64,000 bases of DNA from a virus (taxonomy: Duplodnaviria; Caudoviricetes), in IMG/VR virus record IMGVR_UViG_3300022173_000041, positions 9,678 through 73,677 of that record. One strand, given 5' to 3'. The position numbers and the translations under genes are program-made. Positions within the stretch are counted from its first letter, which is position 1. Each line of letters starts with the position of its first letter. This document shows, in pieces, positions 1 to 10,185 of the stretch. The notes under the pieces were generated by a model. The model was not told the origin of the DNA and searched no databases. It was given only the letters and a program-made list of their open reading frames with translations.

Positions 1-1
1 C

Positions 2-115
2 ATCTGCGATAAGATGATATGCCCAAAGTGCGTTGACTTGGGCTCCTGCACGCCATTTGAAAAGAAGCTTGAGCGCCAAGAGGCCATCTACCACAATAGA
101 AGGTCATATGAGTAA
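2..115 (+). CDS. 3' end of a Cys-rich hypothetical protein (partial)
   Basis: Open frame [37 protein letters not shown]; its TAA overlaps the ATG at 115. Confidence 0.5.
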   Translation: MCDKMICPKCVDLGSCTPFEKKLERQEAIYHNRRSYE

Positions 116-1299
116 TGGCCCTTCTATATAATCTCGTCAGGGTAAGAACGGCTACCACTGGTACCGGCACTGTAACGCTTGGCGCCGCAATCCCCGGATA
201 TCTAACGTTCGCTCTTGGTGGCGTCACTGACGGTCAGACCGTTGACTACGCCATCAACGATGGACCCAACAGTGAAATAGGCACAGGCGTTTATACGTCT
301 GCTGGCACCACTCTTTCCCGATCAGTTACCAGCTCTACCAACGGCGGTTCGGCCATATCGCTGTCTGGATCGGCGCAGGTTTTCATTACACCTCGCGCTC
401 AGACGCTTAACGACGCCTCAATCATCACGACTGGCACAATGGCCACTGCCAGACTTGGTTCTGGCTCAGCCGTCTCCACGACTGCTCTGTTTGGTGATCA
501 GACGTACAAGACGCTTGCTACTATTGCTCAGTCGGGTAGCGCCAGCGATCTAAGCACAGGTACTGTCCCGACAGCCAGACTAGGCTCGGGCTCTCCCGGC
601 TCAACGACTGCTTTATTCGGAGACCAGACTTATAAGACTGTCACGCAAACTGGACGGCTCATCAGTCGCCAGACATTCTTCGCGACCAACTCAGCAATCA
701 CCCCGCCAGCAGGCGCAACGTCTGCCATTGTCCGAATGCAGGCGGCAGGCGGTGGCTCTGGTGGCACCTCGGCTGGTATCTGCGCTCCGGGCACTGGAGG
801 CCCGGGTGGCGGCGGGGCGTACCTTGAAGCATACGTCGCGACACTATCTGGCAACTTTAACTACACGCTAGGCGCCGCTGGAGCTGCGGGTACGGCTGGT
901 AATAATGCGGGTGGCGCTGGTACAGCCAGTACGCTGGCAATGACTGGTATTACTACTCTCTCTGCTCCCGGTGGACTTGGTGGCGGTGGATGCTCCTCCA
1001 CTGGTGGCCAAGCAAACATTGGCACTCCCGGTGGTGTCACTGCTGCTCCGACAATAAACAATACAGCCTCAGATTGGGGTACGAAAGGAGGTGGCGGATT
1101 AGTCGGAGTTCTCGGGACTTCTGGTGTTTTTTCCGGCACCGGAGCTTCATTCCGCAGTGCAGGCATAACGCCGTTAGGAGCGTCAGCAACGGCGTCGTTA
1201 TACGGCGGCGGCGGTCCATCAAAAGCGACTATCACAAACAGCACACAAGTCGGCATTATCGGAGCAGTAGGTATGCTCGAAATAGAATGGTACTCATGA
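115..1299 (+). CDS. Tail fibre protein with Gly-rich C-terminal domain
   Basis: N-terminus [15 protein letters not shown] typical of phage tail fibres; internal [19 protein letters not shown] duplication; [16 protein letters not shown] Gly-rich tail. Confidence 0.75.
   Translation: MALLYNLVRVRTATTGTGTVTLGAAIPGYLTFALGGVTDGQTVDYAINDGPNSEIGTGVYTSAGTTLSRSVTSSTNGGSAISLSGSAQVFITPRAQTLNDASIITTGTMATARLGSGSAVSTTALFGDQTYKTLATIAQSGSASDLSTGTVPTARLGSGSPGSTTALFGDQTYKTVTQTGRLISRQTFFATNSAITPPAGATSAIVRMQAAGGGSGGTSAGICAPGTGGPGGGGAYLEAYVATLSGNFNYTLGAAGAAGTAGNNAGGAGTASTLAMTGITTLSAPGGLGGGGCSSTGGQANIGTPGGVTAAPTINNTASDWGTKGGGGLVGVLGTSGVFSGTGASFRSAGITPLGASATASLYGGGGPSKATITNSTQVGIIGAVGMLEIEWYS
431..638 (+). repeat. 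Intragenic 2x repeat ([28 protein letters not shown])
   Basis: Two diverged copies at ~431-512 and ~557-638, 42 codons apart. Confidence 0.85.
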
Positions 1300-1535
1300 T
1301 GGCAAACTTCCTGATGTTGACAATAGATGATGAGCCGATGGGTGTGGCTCAATGGAACGGCGATACCGTTTGGCAATTCCCAGAGGGTTGCGCCAAGATC
1401 GTCCAATTCGATGGAGCGTTCTATCCCGGTGGCATTTGGGACAATCGCACACTCACCATCCTAGACCCAGACCGTAAGCCTGATGAGCCAACAACGGCTC
1501 CAGCGGCAGGGGAGGTTATGCGTGTCATTGAGTAG
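1296..1535 (+). CDS. Small hypothetical protein, possibly tail-fibre associated
   Basis: ATGA overlap with fibre stop; 79 aa with [14 protein letters not shown] motif. Confidence 0.6.
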   Translation: MMANFLMLTIDDEPMGVAQWNGDTVWQFPEGCAKIVQFDGAFYPGGIWDNRTLTILDPDRKPDEPTTAPAAGEVMRVIE

Positions 1536-1800
1536 CATTGTTATCCCAAACCCCCGTGGAGAACTCTTCACCTTTGAGAAGGCTGGAGATGTGCTTCCTA
1601 TGCACACTCATGACGAGAACGCTCATATCACCATGATCATGCGCGGAAGGTTTCGTATTCATGGTCCCGGTATCGGTGACAAAGAGTACGGAGAGGGGGC
1701 TTTTATTGATTGGGCGCCGGGCGTAACTCATGAGTTTGTGGCGCTGACAGACAACGCAAGAATGGCTAACATATCTAAAATTCGGCAGGTGGAAGACTAA
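1522..1800 (+). CDS. Cupin-domain protein
   Basis: PMHTHDENAHIT...G...WAPGVTHEFVAL cupin motifs; GTG start after GGAGG. Confidence 0.75.
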   Translation: MSLSSIVIPNPRGELFTFEKAGDVLPMHTHDENAHITMIMRGRFRIHGPGIGDKEYGEGAFIDWAPGVTHEFVALTDNARMANISKIRQVED

Positions 1801-1803
1801 ACA

Positions 1804-2796
1804 ATGCTCGGCTTCGACGCACTCGGCAGGGAAGCCATCGGCCAACTGCCGATTGAGATCGTCGTTGTCGATTTTATAGCGTCTCTATCTACACCAATAA
1901 GAAGGCGTAACTACACCGCTCAGCAGGAAGACTTCTTCGGCGCCACAGCGCAGACCGGAGAGAATATCTTCGAAGACAAGTGGCACTTTCCTTGGTCTGA
2001 GCCTGTAAGAATAAAGCCCCGCGCTCTGATGGCAGCTTCCGGATACTTCGGAAGCTTGGGCGCTGGCACCTTTGAGATAATTTACGAAGACAAGTGGCAC
2101 TTCGCTTGGTCTGAGCCAATCGTAAAGACCAAGGCTGGTCTTGCTACCAGCCGACAGCAATTTATTGCTTGGCAGCCAAACACCTTCACCAAAATGGATT
2201 GGTTCAATCCATTGCATGATCCTGTCAGGGTCAAGCTGGGTCTTAGGGCTGGATTGCAGACGCCTCTATTCGAAGTCTACCAGCAGTCGGTCCTGCTGGA
2301 ATGGTTTATGAGTTTCAGCGAGCCTGCCCGCAAGAAAAGGGGTGTGGCTTCTCAAGTACAGCCGTTCTTCAACTTCCAGCCTACGCCTATTATTAACGTC
2401 TCTTGGATAGAGAAATTCAGCGAGCCTGTACGCAAGAAGCCAAGGCTTCTGGATGCAAACCAGCAGTTCTTTCAGTTCTTCCCCAACCCGCTGGTTAACT
2501 TCAGTTGGTTCGACAACCTGTCTGACCCAGTTAGGGTAAAGCCGCGCCTTAGAGAGGGCAGTCAGGTCTTCCTGATCAGGGCTGAATTCATCCCGATCAA
2601 CTATGACGTTCGACTGGACGCCACGGAAACTAGGGATTTCCTGCTGGCCGTTCTGTACCAGTTTAATGTCCCCGCGACGGCCTATGTGGACATCATTTCC
2701 AAGGACCCAATGCACCTTGGAAACGTCGGTGTCATTGAGAATACTGCACAATCAATTATAGTGCCCAGAGCAAGGGTAGCGATCATTACTGGGTGA
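1804..2796 (+). CDS. Hypothetical virion-module protein with six W-x-x-x-x-S-[ED]-P-V-R repeats
   Basis: 330 aa ORF with six repeats visible in translation; N-terminus MLGFDALG. Confidence 0.75.
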   Translation: MLGFDALGREAIGQLPIEIVVVDFIASLSTPIRRRNYTAQQEDFFGATAQTGENIFEDKWHFPWSEPVRIKPRALMAASGYFGSLGAGTFEIIYEDKWHFAWSEPIVKTKAGLATSRQQFIAWQPNTFTKMDWFNPLHDPVRVKLGLRAGLQTPLFEVYQQSVLLEWFMSFSEPARKKRGVASQVQPFFNFQPTPIINVSWIEKFSEPVRKKPRLLDANQQFFQFFPNPLVNFSWFDNLSDPVRVKPRLREGSQVFLIRAEFIPINYDVRLDATETRDFLLAVLYQFNVPATAYVDIISKDPMHLGNVGVIENTAQSIIVPRARVAIITG

Positions 2797-2800
2797 CAGG

Positions 2801-3082
2801 ATGCCAACCAATATCGTCTCAGGAAACACAGCTCAATTCGTTGCTGAGTTTATTGACGCTAGTGGCGTTCTGACAGTCCCCTCTGGCGCCACCCTGAATA
2901 TAGATTATCCGGTCGGGATCACGACATCTTCGACCGCTATCTCCATGACCCTCCAGAATAGCTTCTTTACCGCTACGTGGTCTTCCAGCGTTTCTGACTT
3001 AGGGTTGGCGCCGTGGTATATAACCTCAGTCGGCAGCACTGCTGCGGCGGCTAGTGGCGAATTGAGGATCATCACTCCATGA
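2801..3082 (+). CDS. Hypothetical protein (beta-rich, structural module)
   Basis: 93 aa ORF coupled to the next gene by ATGA overlap. Confidence 0.65.
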   Translation: MPTNIVSGNTAQFVAEFIDASGVLTVPSGATLNIDYPVGITTSSTAISMTLQNSFFTATWSSSVSDLGLAPWYITSVGSTAAAASGELRIITP

Positions 3083-3768
3083 CCCAAGTAACATCAGGCA
3101 CGTACAATTTCGCACCCAGTTTGGGTGAGGTTGTTCTGAATGCCTTCGCCAGAATTGGCGTTCGCCGCACTGAGGTTCTGCAAACCCATCTCGCGGACGC
3201 GAGAATGGAAGCCAACCTTTTGCTTGCCAGAATGTCTGATCTGCAACCCAATTTGTGGACAGTTGATCTTCAGACGCTTCCGCTTCTTCAGGGGTCAGCC
3301 ACCTATACTGTGCCTGCTGAGACCGCCATGATCTTGGACGTGTTCATTAGGTATGGGAGCCCAGCCACTGATAGATCGATTTACCCCATAAGCCGTTCTG
3401 AGTACGCAACGTACCCAAACAAAGACCAGCAGGGCTTCCCCACGGTCTACTGGTTCGACAGGCTTATCTCCCCAACCATTACGCTGTGGGCCGTTCCTGA
3501 CGGGAATGGACCCTATACGCTCAACTATTACAGGGTCAGGCAGATACAGGATGCTGACTTCTCTAATGGTCAGAACGTAGAAATCCCGTACCTGTGGCTG
3601 GATGCCTTTACGGCTGGTTTGGCTGCCAGATTAGCCAAGATTTACGCTCCCCAGCTTGAGCAAATCCGCAAAATGGACGCTCAAGAGGCTTGGGATATTG
3701 CTGCAAAGCAGGATGTCGAGAATGTAAACCTAGTCATCAGCCCCGGATTGTCGTCTTACTTCAGATGA
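3079..3768 (+). CDS. Putative head-tail adaptor / tail tubular protein A-like
   Basis: TSGTYNF..GEV..AF.RIG start, NK.QQGFPT.YWFDR, PYLWLDAF.AGLA.RLA pattern; position in tail module. Confidence 0.6.
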   Translation: MTQVTSGTYNFAPSLGEVVLNAFARIGVRRTEVLQTHLADARMEANLLLARMSDLQPNLWTVDLQTLPLLQGSATYTVPAETAMILDVFIRYGSPATDRSIYPISRSEYATYPNKDQQGFPTVYWFDRLISPTITLWAVPDGNGPYTLNYYRVRQIQDADFSNGQNVEIPYLWLDAFTAGLAARLAKIYAPQLEQIRKMDAQEAWDIAAKQDVENVNLVISPGLSSYFR

Positions 3769-4481
3769 GCTATCGCCCGCACGGAAGAGCAAAAGTATCG
3801 TCCCGAAATCCTCGGGCATGGGGAGTTTGTGACTTTTGCGGAGCTATCTACAACAGGGATGAACTTCAGTGGCAGTACGAGTGGGCCGGTCCAAGGATCG
3901 TTAACCAGAACATGCTGGTATGCGAGAGCTGCTATGACACACCTCAAGAACAGCTCCGTTCAATCGTTCTTCCTACCGATCCTGTTCCGATAGATGATCC
4001 TAGGATAGAGCGATATGTCCTGAATGATAACCCCGTTTCCCCGTTGGGCACCAACATTGGCAGCCTCTTACAGGGTGCTGGATTGCAAGCAGCGTTTGAT
4101 AGCAATGCTAACAAACCATTCGGAATGTCAGCAGTTTTATTCACTTCCACGCTTCTTGATACCAATTACGTTGGCAAAAGCTGGGTAGGAATGGACCCAA
4201 ACAACCCAACCCAAGGGGTCACAGCCAGACGGTTTGTGGCAACGGCGCCGAATAACGCCAGTTTCCTTGGTGCTGGCACTACTGTTTATGCTTTTCAGGG
4301 GTCTGATCTGCCGGTCGGTTGGACCACGCTTTACACAGGAACAACTACTGGTGTCGTTGGTGAGATCATTGATGTCACACTTACGCCAACTGACGGATAC
4401 CTATACCATCGGTTCGTTATCACTGGGGATGGTATCACTTCAGCATCCGTCGCTCAGTTAATCATAGACAATACGGGTTAG
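3765..4481 (+). CDS. Hypothetical protein with N-terminal CxxC...CxxC and beta-sandwich C-terminus
   Basis: MSYRPHGRAKV...CDFCG...VCESCYD; ATGA overlap at 3765. Confidence 0.65.
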   Translation: MSYRPHGRAKVSSRNPRAWGVCDFCGAIYNRDELQWQYEWAGPRIVNQNMLVCESCYDTPQEQLRSIVLPTDPVPIDDPRIERYVLNDNPVSPLGTNIGSLLQGAGLQAAFDSNANKPFGMSAVLFTSTLLDTNYVGKSWVGMDPNNPTQGVTARRFVATAPNNASFLGAGTTVYAFQGSDLPVGWTTLYTGTTTGVVGEIIDVTLTPTDGYLYHRFVITGDGITSASVAQLIIDNTG

Positions 4482-4485
4482 GCTC

Positions 4486-5205
4486 ATGGCATCCACCCTA
4501 AACTACACCACCTACGTCAGTCAGCTCGCGAACTTGACCGTGATCTCGTCTAATGACGCCAGCTTTCAGACCATGCTGCCCGGCGCCATTGATTACGCTG
4601 AGCAGCGCATTTACCGCGAGGGAGACTTCCTTTCTACCTATGTTTACGACATAGGAAACTTCGGAACCAATGATGCCACTCTTACGTACCCGACAAATTT
4701 CGGGACCTATTTGGTTGTAGATCAGGTCTTCGTAAGCACCAGTATAAGCACGGCTGGATACGCCTCAAAGTACACTCCGCTGTCTGTGGTTTCCCAGCCA
4801 TACATAGCAAACCTGTACCCGGGCGCTTTAACTGACGTTGGCTTTCCGAAATACTTCTGCCAAGCCACAAACACTTATGGTTTGGTCGGCCCCGTTCCTG
4901 ATCAAGCCTATAGCTTTTACGTCTACGGAACTCAAAGGCCGCTGGCTTTGTCAGCAGCTAACTCCAGCACGTTCTTGACGCAGACGCTTCCTGATCTGCT
5001 CATAGCGGCGTCCATGGTCTTCATATCTGGGTACATGCGTAACTTCGGCTCTCAGGCTGACGATGCTCCCATGGCCACTTCTTGGAGCAAGCAATATGAC
5101 ATTCTGTTTGCGTCTGCCGGAATGGAAGAGCAGAGAAAGAAATTCGGCTCTCAGGGTTGGCAGTCTCAGGTACCTAATCCGATTGCTACGCCTACGAGGG
5201 TCTAA
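4486..5205 (+). CDS. Putative head-tail adaptor protein
   Basis: NYTTYV...IDYAEQRIYRE, G.PKY, GP.PDQAY, PDLLIAASM pattern seen in podovirus adaptors. Confidence 0.55.
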   Translation: MASTLNYTTYVSQLANLTVISSNDASFQTMLPGAIDYAEQRIYREGDFLSTYVYDIGNFGTNDATLTYPTNFGTYLVVDQVFVSTSISTAGYASKYTPLSVVSQPYIANLYPGALTDVGFPKYFCQATNTYGLVGPVPDQAYSFYVYGTQRPLALSAANSSTFLTQTLPDLLIAASMVFISGYMRNFGSQADDAPMATSWSKQYDILFASAGMEEQRKKFGSQGWQSQVPNPIATPTRV

Positions 5206-5209
5206 ATAA

Positions 5210-7231
5210 ATGCCTATGACTTCTGTCACATTGCGTCCGGGTGTTAACACCATGATGACGCTATCGCAGAACGAGGCTGGCGTATCCGCGTCTAATCTTG
5301 TGCGCTATCAGCAAGGAATGATCCAGAAGAATGGCGGCTGGACGCTGTTCTATCCGGTTGCGATTGGCTCAACCATCAAGGAGATATTCGGCTGGGAAGG
5401 TCTTCTCAGCAACGAGTATCTTGGTATTGGGGCAACTCAGTCTCTCAGCGTGATCGTTTCTGGCGCCAATACAGACATCACCCCTCAAACCAGAACTACC
5501 AATCCTGCCATTAACTTCTCTATCTCAAGCGGCAGCCAGATAGTCACGATTATCGACCCTAATTCCAGCGCTACAGTGTTCACCACGGTGTATCTCAACA
5601 CCCCTGTGGCTATTGGAAATCTGCTTCTGAATGGAGCTTATCCGGTCAACTCAGTCATCGGATCGAGTTCATACACCATTCTTTCCAGCGTATCAGCCAG
5701 CACTACTATTGCCAGCAGCGGCGTAGTCCCTCTGTTTGCTGTGTCGTCTGGTAGCGCCAGCATCACTGTTACGCTTCCGAACAACAACTACGCAGCCACG
5801 ACTGGTCTGTATCAGCAGTTTATCGCTCCTACTAACGTTGGCGGCATAAACGTGCAGGGCGCCTATAGCATCCAGACAGTCATTGACTCCACCAGCTTCA
5901 AAATCAGCGGAAACGTGCAGTCATCTGCGGCGGCTTCAGTGTATATGAACACTGGTCTTGCCCAGATCGTGTACTACTACACTCTTGGCCCTCCCGCGCT
6001 TCTTGGTTTCGGTGGTGGCGGCTTCGGTGATGGTGGTTTTGGTACTGGTACAGCGGCGCCATCAGGCTCTGGTACGCCTATCACAGCAACAGATTGGAGC
6101 CTCACTAATTGGGGTGAAGCGCTTCTGGCTTGTCCGTCAGGTGGACCTATTTATGTCTGGTCTGCAAACAGCGGCTACCAGAACGCTTCAGTGATACCTA
6201 CGGCGCCGTTCTTTAATGGAGGCATCTTTGTATCTCAGCCACAGCAGATTTTGGTGGCGTGGGGCTCTGTGCTTAGCACCGGTGTTCATGATCCGCTTGT
6301 TGTTAGGTGGTCTGATGCTCTGGATTACACTGTCTGGACGGTAAGTTCGCAGACTTCTGCTGGCTCTTATCACATTCCAACCGGTTCACTTATCAAGGGT
6401 GGAATTCAGTCAGCTCAGCAGGGTATCATTTGGACTGATATTGACTGCTACGTCATGCAGTACATTGGCGATCCACTTATCTTTGGCTTCAATAGAGTTG
6501 GTTCTGGCTGCGGACTTGTAGGTCAGCACGCCTGCGGAATTCTGAATGGTAACGTTTACTGGATGGGTCCTAACAACTTCTTTGTTATGGCCGATAGTGG
6601 CGTTAAGCCAATTCCATGCTCAGTTTGGAACTTTGTCTTTCAGAACATTGATACCAGCAATCTAAGCAAAGTAAGATGTGCTGTTAACAGCATGTTCAAT
6701 GAAGTGTCTTGGTTCTTCCCTGCCCTAAACGGCACTGGAGAGAACACGCTTTATGTAAAGATGAATACCATTGAGAACGAATGGGATTACGGCTCTCTTG
6801 GTCGATCTGCTTGGATCGATGTTACCGCTCTGGGCAATCCTATTGGCACCGATCTTGGCGGCTTCATCTACCAGCACGAACTCGGTTATGACGCTGGTAC
6901 GGTTGCCATGGATAGCTCATTCCAGACTGGTTACTGGTCTATCGCTGACGGCAACGAAATGGCCATTGTGGACTGGGTTCTTCCGGACATGCAGTTCACG
7001 ACATACCCGGGCGGAACCAGCGCTGGGCTGTCCCTGACATTTTATTCTGCTGATTACCCCGGGGATACCCCTAGGTCATATGGTCCATTTAGCTTTACAC
7101 AAAGCACGGAGTACATAAACACTCGCATCCGTGGTAGGCTCATGAGCATGAAGGTCGAGGGGATGGATTTAGCGTCCTTTTGGCGAATTGGGCGTATTCG
7201 CTACCGTTTTGCTCCAGATGGAAGACGATAA
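5210..7231 (+). CDS. Tail tubular protein B / packaged-DNA stabilisation-like protein
   Basis: 673 aa; LRPGVN start, WSL.NWGE.LLA, VRWSD, FGFNRVG.GCG, WRIGRIRY...DGRR end. Confidence 0.65.
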   Translation: MPMTSVTLRPGVNTMMTLSQNEAGVSASNLVRYQQGMIQKNGGWTLFYPVAIGSTIKEIFGWEGLLSNEYLGIGATQSLSVIVSGANTDITPQTRTTNPAINFSISSGSQIVTIIDPNSSATVFTTVYLNTPVAIGNLLLNGAYPVNSVIGSSSYTILSSVSASTTIASSGVVPLFAVSSGSASITVTLPNNNYAATTGLYQQFIAPTNVGGINVQGAYSIQTVIDSTSFKISGNVQSSAAASVYMNTGLAQIVYYYTLGPPALLGFGGGGFGDGGFGTGTAAPSGSGTPITATDWSLTNWGEALLACPSGGPIYVWSANSGYQNASVIPTAPFFNGGIFVSQPQQILVAWGSVLSTGVHDPLVVRWSDALDYTVWTVSSQTSAGSYHIPTGSLIKGGIQSAQQGIIWTDIDCYVMQYIGDPLIFGFNRVGSGCGLVGQHACGILNGNVYWMGPNNFFVMADSGVKPIPCSVWNFVFQNIDTSNLSKVRCAVNSMFNEVSWFFPALNGTGENTLYVKMNTIENEWDYGSLGRSAWIDVTALGNPIGTDLGGFIYQHELGYDAGTVAMDSSFQTGYWSIADGNEMAIVDWVLPDMQFTTYPGGTSAGLSLTFYSADYPGDTPRSYGPFSFTQSTEYINTRIRGRLMSMKVEGMDLASFWRIGRIRYRFAPDGRR

Positions 7232-7449
7232 TGGCCGGTTTAACCGATATCCTGTCCGCTCTGCAAAACGGCGTGACGGCTATAAACTCATTAAACACCA
7301 CTCTCGGGCTGGTATTCCCGGGGGCGACCACGGTCTCTACCACGGCGCCATCTTCGGCTGGCACAATAACCTTTAGCTCAAGTCAGGCTAAAGGCTACAT
7401 GAGCGTCATCAGCTCATCTGGTGGCACCTTCAAGATACCGCTTTATTGA
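7231..7449 (+). CDS. Small hypothetical structural protein
   Basis: 72 aa MAGLTDILSALQNGV..; TAATG overlap with upstream stop. Confidence 0.6.
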   Translation: MAGLTDILSALQNGVTAINSLNTTLGLVFPGATTVSTTAPSSAGTITFSSSQAKGYMSVISSSGGTFKIPLY

Positions 7450-7456
7450 GGAAGCC

Positions 7457-9595
7457 ATGATTGTAAACGGCAAAAAGGTCTCATCCCAGATCGGCGGGCT
7501 GTCCTCCAAGAAGCCTTGGAAGGGCTACAAGCGCGGTGGCAAGGTCAAGAAGGCTGACGGCGGTCCTGTGAAGTTCGACAAGTCAGAGCTTCCGCCTGAG
7601 GTCCTTATGAGCCTCATGCATCCCGACAAGAACTACAAGGACGCGGACAAGAAGGCGCTGGTTGACGTTAACGATCCGGTGCAGTTCCCGCGCGACCGGT
7701 CATGGAATTCTCTCCATGGCAGCCCTGATTATGGCGATACTTACGCAGATGGCGGTGAAATCCCTGACGTTGGCGAGCCTCTTATTGGTAGTGGCGGAAC
7801 GTTCTCGGAAGGCTCTCCATGGGCCAATAAGGCTGCTGATATTGGCGGTAAACTGGGTGGTTCTGCCGCTATTAGCGCGGCCACGCTCCTTCCTCGCTAT
7901 ATCAAGGCCACGGTAGACGCTGCCAAGCAGCCTGCTGGCTCTGAAGAGGCTCATGAAGCCTATGGTGATGTCGGTGATGTCACTGGCGAAATGGGCATGA
8001 ATATGATTGGTCCAAGGGGTGGGCCAAAAACTACCGCTGGTGTGTTTGTTGGTCCTTGGGGCGCTCATATGCTTCGTGACGCGGATCGTGGCGCAGTTAA
8101 GCCTCACCCTGTCATCGGTGAAGAGATTAAGCAGAGAGCTTCCAGCCTTCGTCCAGAATTCCAGAATATCTACAAGAGTGGCGCCCAAGACTTGCGTGAT
8201 GCTCAAGCTCGCGGTGTTCTTGAGGCTAGGCAGGGATCACTAAATCCTCAGACAGATCGTGACGTGTTTAATAAGTCTGGCTGGAGTTATGGTCCTGCTG
8301 GCGATGTTACAAAGGAAATTCCTGATATTGGCGCCAAGCTTGTACCGTTAAAGGGAACCAATAAGTTCGTGCTTGATCACCCCGCAGGTGACTTTCACAA
8401 ATTGTACGAAGTCCCACCGATTGAATTCGACCCTAAGATGAAAGTAGGTAACGGTGGATTTAATCCAGAAACAAACCAGATTACTATTGGCGGATACCCT
8501 TCGGAGAAAAACCTAAAAGCTTCTATCAGCGTAGTTCTTCACGAAATTCAGCATGCTATTCAGAAGAAAGAGGGCATGGCTCATGGCGCCAATCCGTATA
8601 TGGCGCGAGAGCGACCTGAAGTTACTCAAGAATTTTTCCCTGAAAAAGGCGCTCCTGAAGAACTTATCCATAGAGGAGGCGGTACTTCTCTAGCTGAACT
8701 TTTGGGAATTTCTGAAGGGCCAAAGAGAAATGCCCATATACCGTCTTGGCACGAAGAAATGGTATCCAAGCAGGCATCTCGCGGTGAAGACCCGTTTGAT
8801 ATGGACGCTGCCATTAGGCGAGCTGTATTTGAAACGTACAGAAAATCTGCTGGAGAAACGCAGTCAAGGAATGTTCAAGACAGACGCGCCAAGAGCTATC
8901 GATACGGTATGCACCCTGCCGATACTGAAGACGTAACTCGTGGCTTGCAGTGGGTTGACGACCGAAATAAGCCTCGTGCCCGAAAAGATATTCAGATCGA
9001 AGAGTTAAGGGCTGGCGCCATAGATAAAGAGTCGCAGGAGATTTTGAATAATATATATGGCGCTCAAGGCAAGCACTACATCGCCAAGGCTGGTGGTGGT
9101 GAAATTAGCTCCCCGCCTTGGTTTGTGAAAAACGAGGGCCGGTCAACGTCTGGGATGCTTAAATCTTCCATCCCGGGGCGCACTGACAAGATACCGCTTC
9201 AGGTTGGCAGCGGAAGCTATGTGCTGCCTGCTGATATCCCCAGCGCCTTGGGTCAAGGCAATACCATGGCTGGAGGCTCTATTCTGGACAAGATGTTCAA
9301 TAAGGGTCCCTACGGCATGAACCTGCCGCGATCCAAATCAGGCATGTCCACAAAGATGGGGCGCATGTCTTCTCTCACTAAGGTTCGCAAGTCTGGATAC
9401 GCAGATGGTGGTGATGTCGAACCAACCGACATCATCGCTGCTGGTGGTGAGTATGTCTTGACGCCAGAGCAAGTCGCTCATGTCGGCGGCGGCAACATGG
9501 ATGCTGGCCACAACATTCTTGACGCCTTTGTTAAGCAAGTACGAAACGATCACATCAAGACACTTAGAAAATTACCCGGTCCAAAAAAGGATTAA
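7457..9595 (+). CDS. Putative internal virion/ejection protein with LPD23-like and HExxH domain
   Basis: YKRGGKV, YADGG motifs; SGWSYGPAGDVTKEIPD; HEIQHAIQKKEG; AGETQSRNVQDR; C-terminal GRTDKIP...EYVLTPE. Confidence 0.6.
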   Translation: MIVNGKKVSSQIGGLSSKKPWKGYKRGGKVKKADGGPVKFDKSELPPEVLMSLMHPDKNYKDADKKALVDVNDPVQFPRDRSWNSLHGSPDYGDTYADGGEIPDVGEPLIGSGGTFSEGSPWANKAADIGGKLGGSAAISAATLLPRYIKATVDAAKQPAGSEEAHEAYGDVGDVTGEMGMNMIGPRGGPKTTAGVFVGPWGAHMLRDADRGAVKPHPVIGEEIKQRASSLRPEFQNIYKSGAQDLRDAQARGVLEARQGSLNPQTDRDVFNKSGWSYGPAGDVTKEIPDIGAKLVPLKGTNKFVLDHPAGDFHKLYEVPPIEFDPKMKVGNGGFNPETNQITIGGYPSEKNLKASISVVLHEIQHAIQKKEGMAHGANPYMARERPEVTQEFFPEKGAPEELIHRGGGTSLAELLGISEGPKRNAHIPSWHEEMVSKQASRGEDPFDMDAAIRRAVFETYRKSAGETQSRNVQDRRAKSYRYGMHPADTEDVTRGLQWVDDRNKPRARKDIQIEELRAGAIDKESQEILNNIYGAQGKHYIAKAGGGEISSPPWFVKNEGRSTSGMLKSSIPGRTDKIPLQVGSGSYVLPADIPSALGQGNTMAGGSILDKMFNKGPYGMNLPRSKSGMSTKMGRMSSLTKVRKSGYADGGDVEPTDIIAAGGEYVLTPEQVAHVGGGNMDAGHNILDAFVKQVRNDHIKTLRKLPGPKKD

Positions 9596-9596
9596 A

Positions 9597-10145
9597 ATGA
9601 CCGCTACTATATCAACAGTTCGAACAGCTACTCCTGCTGACGAGGCTGAGATTTGGCGCCTATTCATGATGGCGCATAGGGAAAATGGAATATTCAGGCT
9701 TTCACCGCATAAAGTATCTTACTTCCTGCAAAGAGCCTTACACCCAGAAAGTATCCTGCCTACTGATCTTGGCCCCAGAGGCCAGATCGGAGTTATTGGC
9801 GTCCCCGGTAAAATCGAGGCCATTGTATTCCTGATCCTTGGAGAATTCTGGTACTCGGACGAAATCCATCTGGAAGAGCTTCTGGTTTATGTAGACCCAG
9901 AATGTAGGAAGTCTGTCCACGCGAGAAGCTGCGTGGCGTGGATGAAGAAGAAATCTGACGATCTGGGTATTAAATTGGTGACTGGTATCATTTCCAAGCA
10001 CCGTACCCAGAGCAAGATCAAGCTTTACGATTTGCTTCTTCCGCGAGCTGGAGCTTTCTATATTTATCCTCTGGATGATCCAGACATTAAACGCATGAAC
10101 CACAGCATGGAAAAACAAGCGTGGCTTGATGCGAAGAGGGCATAA
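9597..10145 (+). CDS. GNAT-fold acetyltransferase-like protein
   Basis: VRTATPAD start, EELLVYVDPECRKS motif; position between ejection proteins. Confidence 0.55.
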   Translation: MTATISTVRTATPADEAEIWRLFMMAHRENGIFRLSPHKVSYFLQRALHPESILPTDLGPRGQIGVIGVPGKIEAIVFLILGEFWYSDEIHLEELLVYVDPECRKSVHARSCVAWMKKKSDDLGIKLVTGIISKHRTQSKIKLYDLLLPRAGAFYIYPLDDPDIKRMNHSMEKQAWLDAKRA

Positions 10146-10185
10146 CTGTATAGAGATAGCGGGGAATTATTGAAGGACGCCTGAA

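Noticed and set aside
431-638. Tail-fibre internal duplication as a novelty
   Set aside because: ARLGSG..GD.T repeats are a common fibre motif; kept as a feature only
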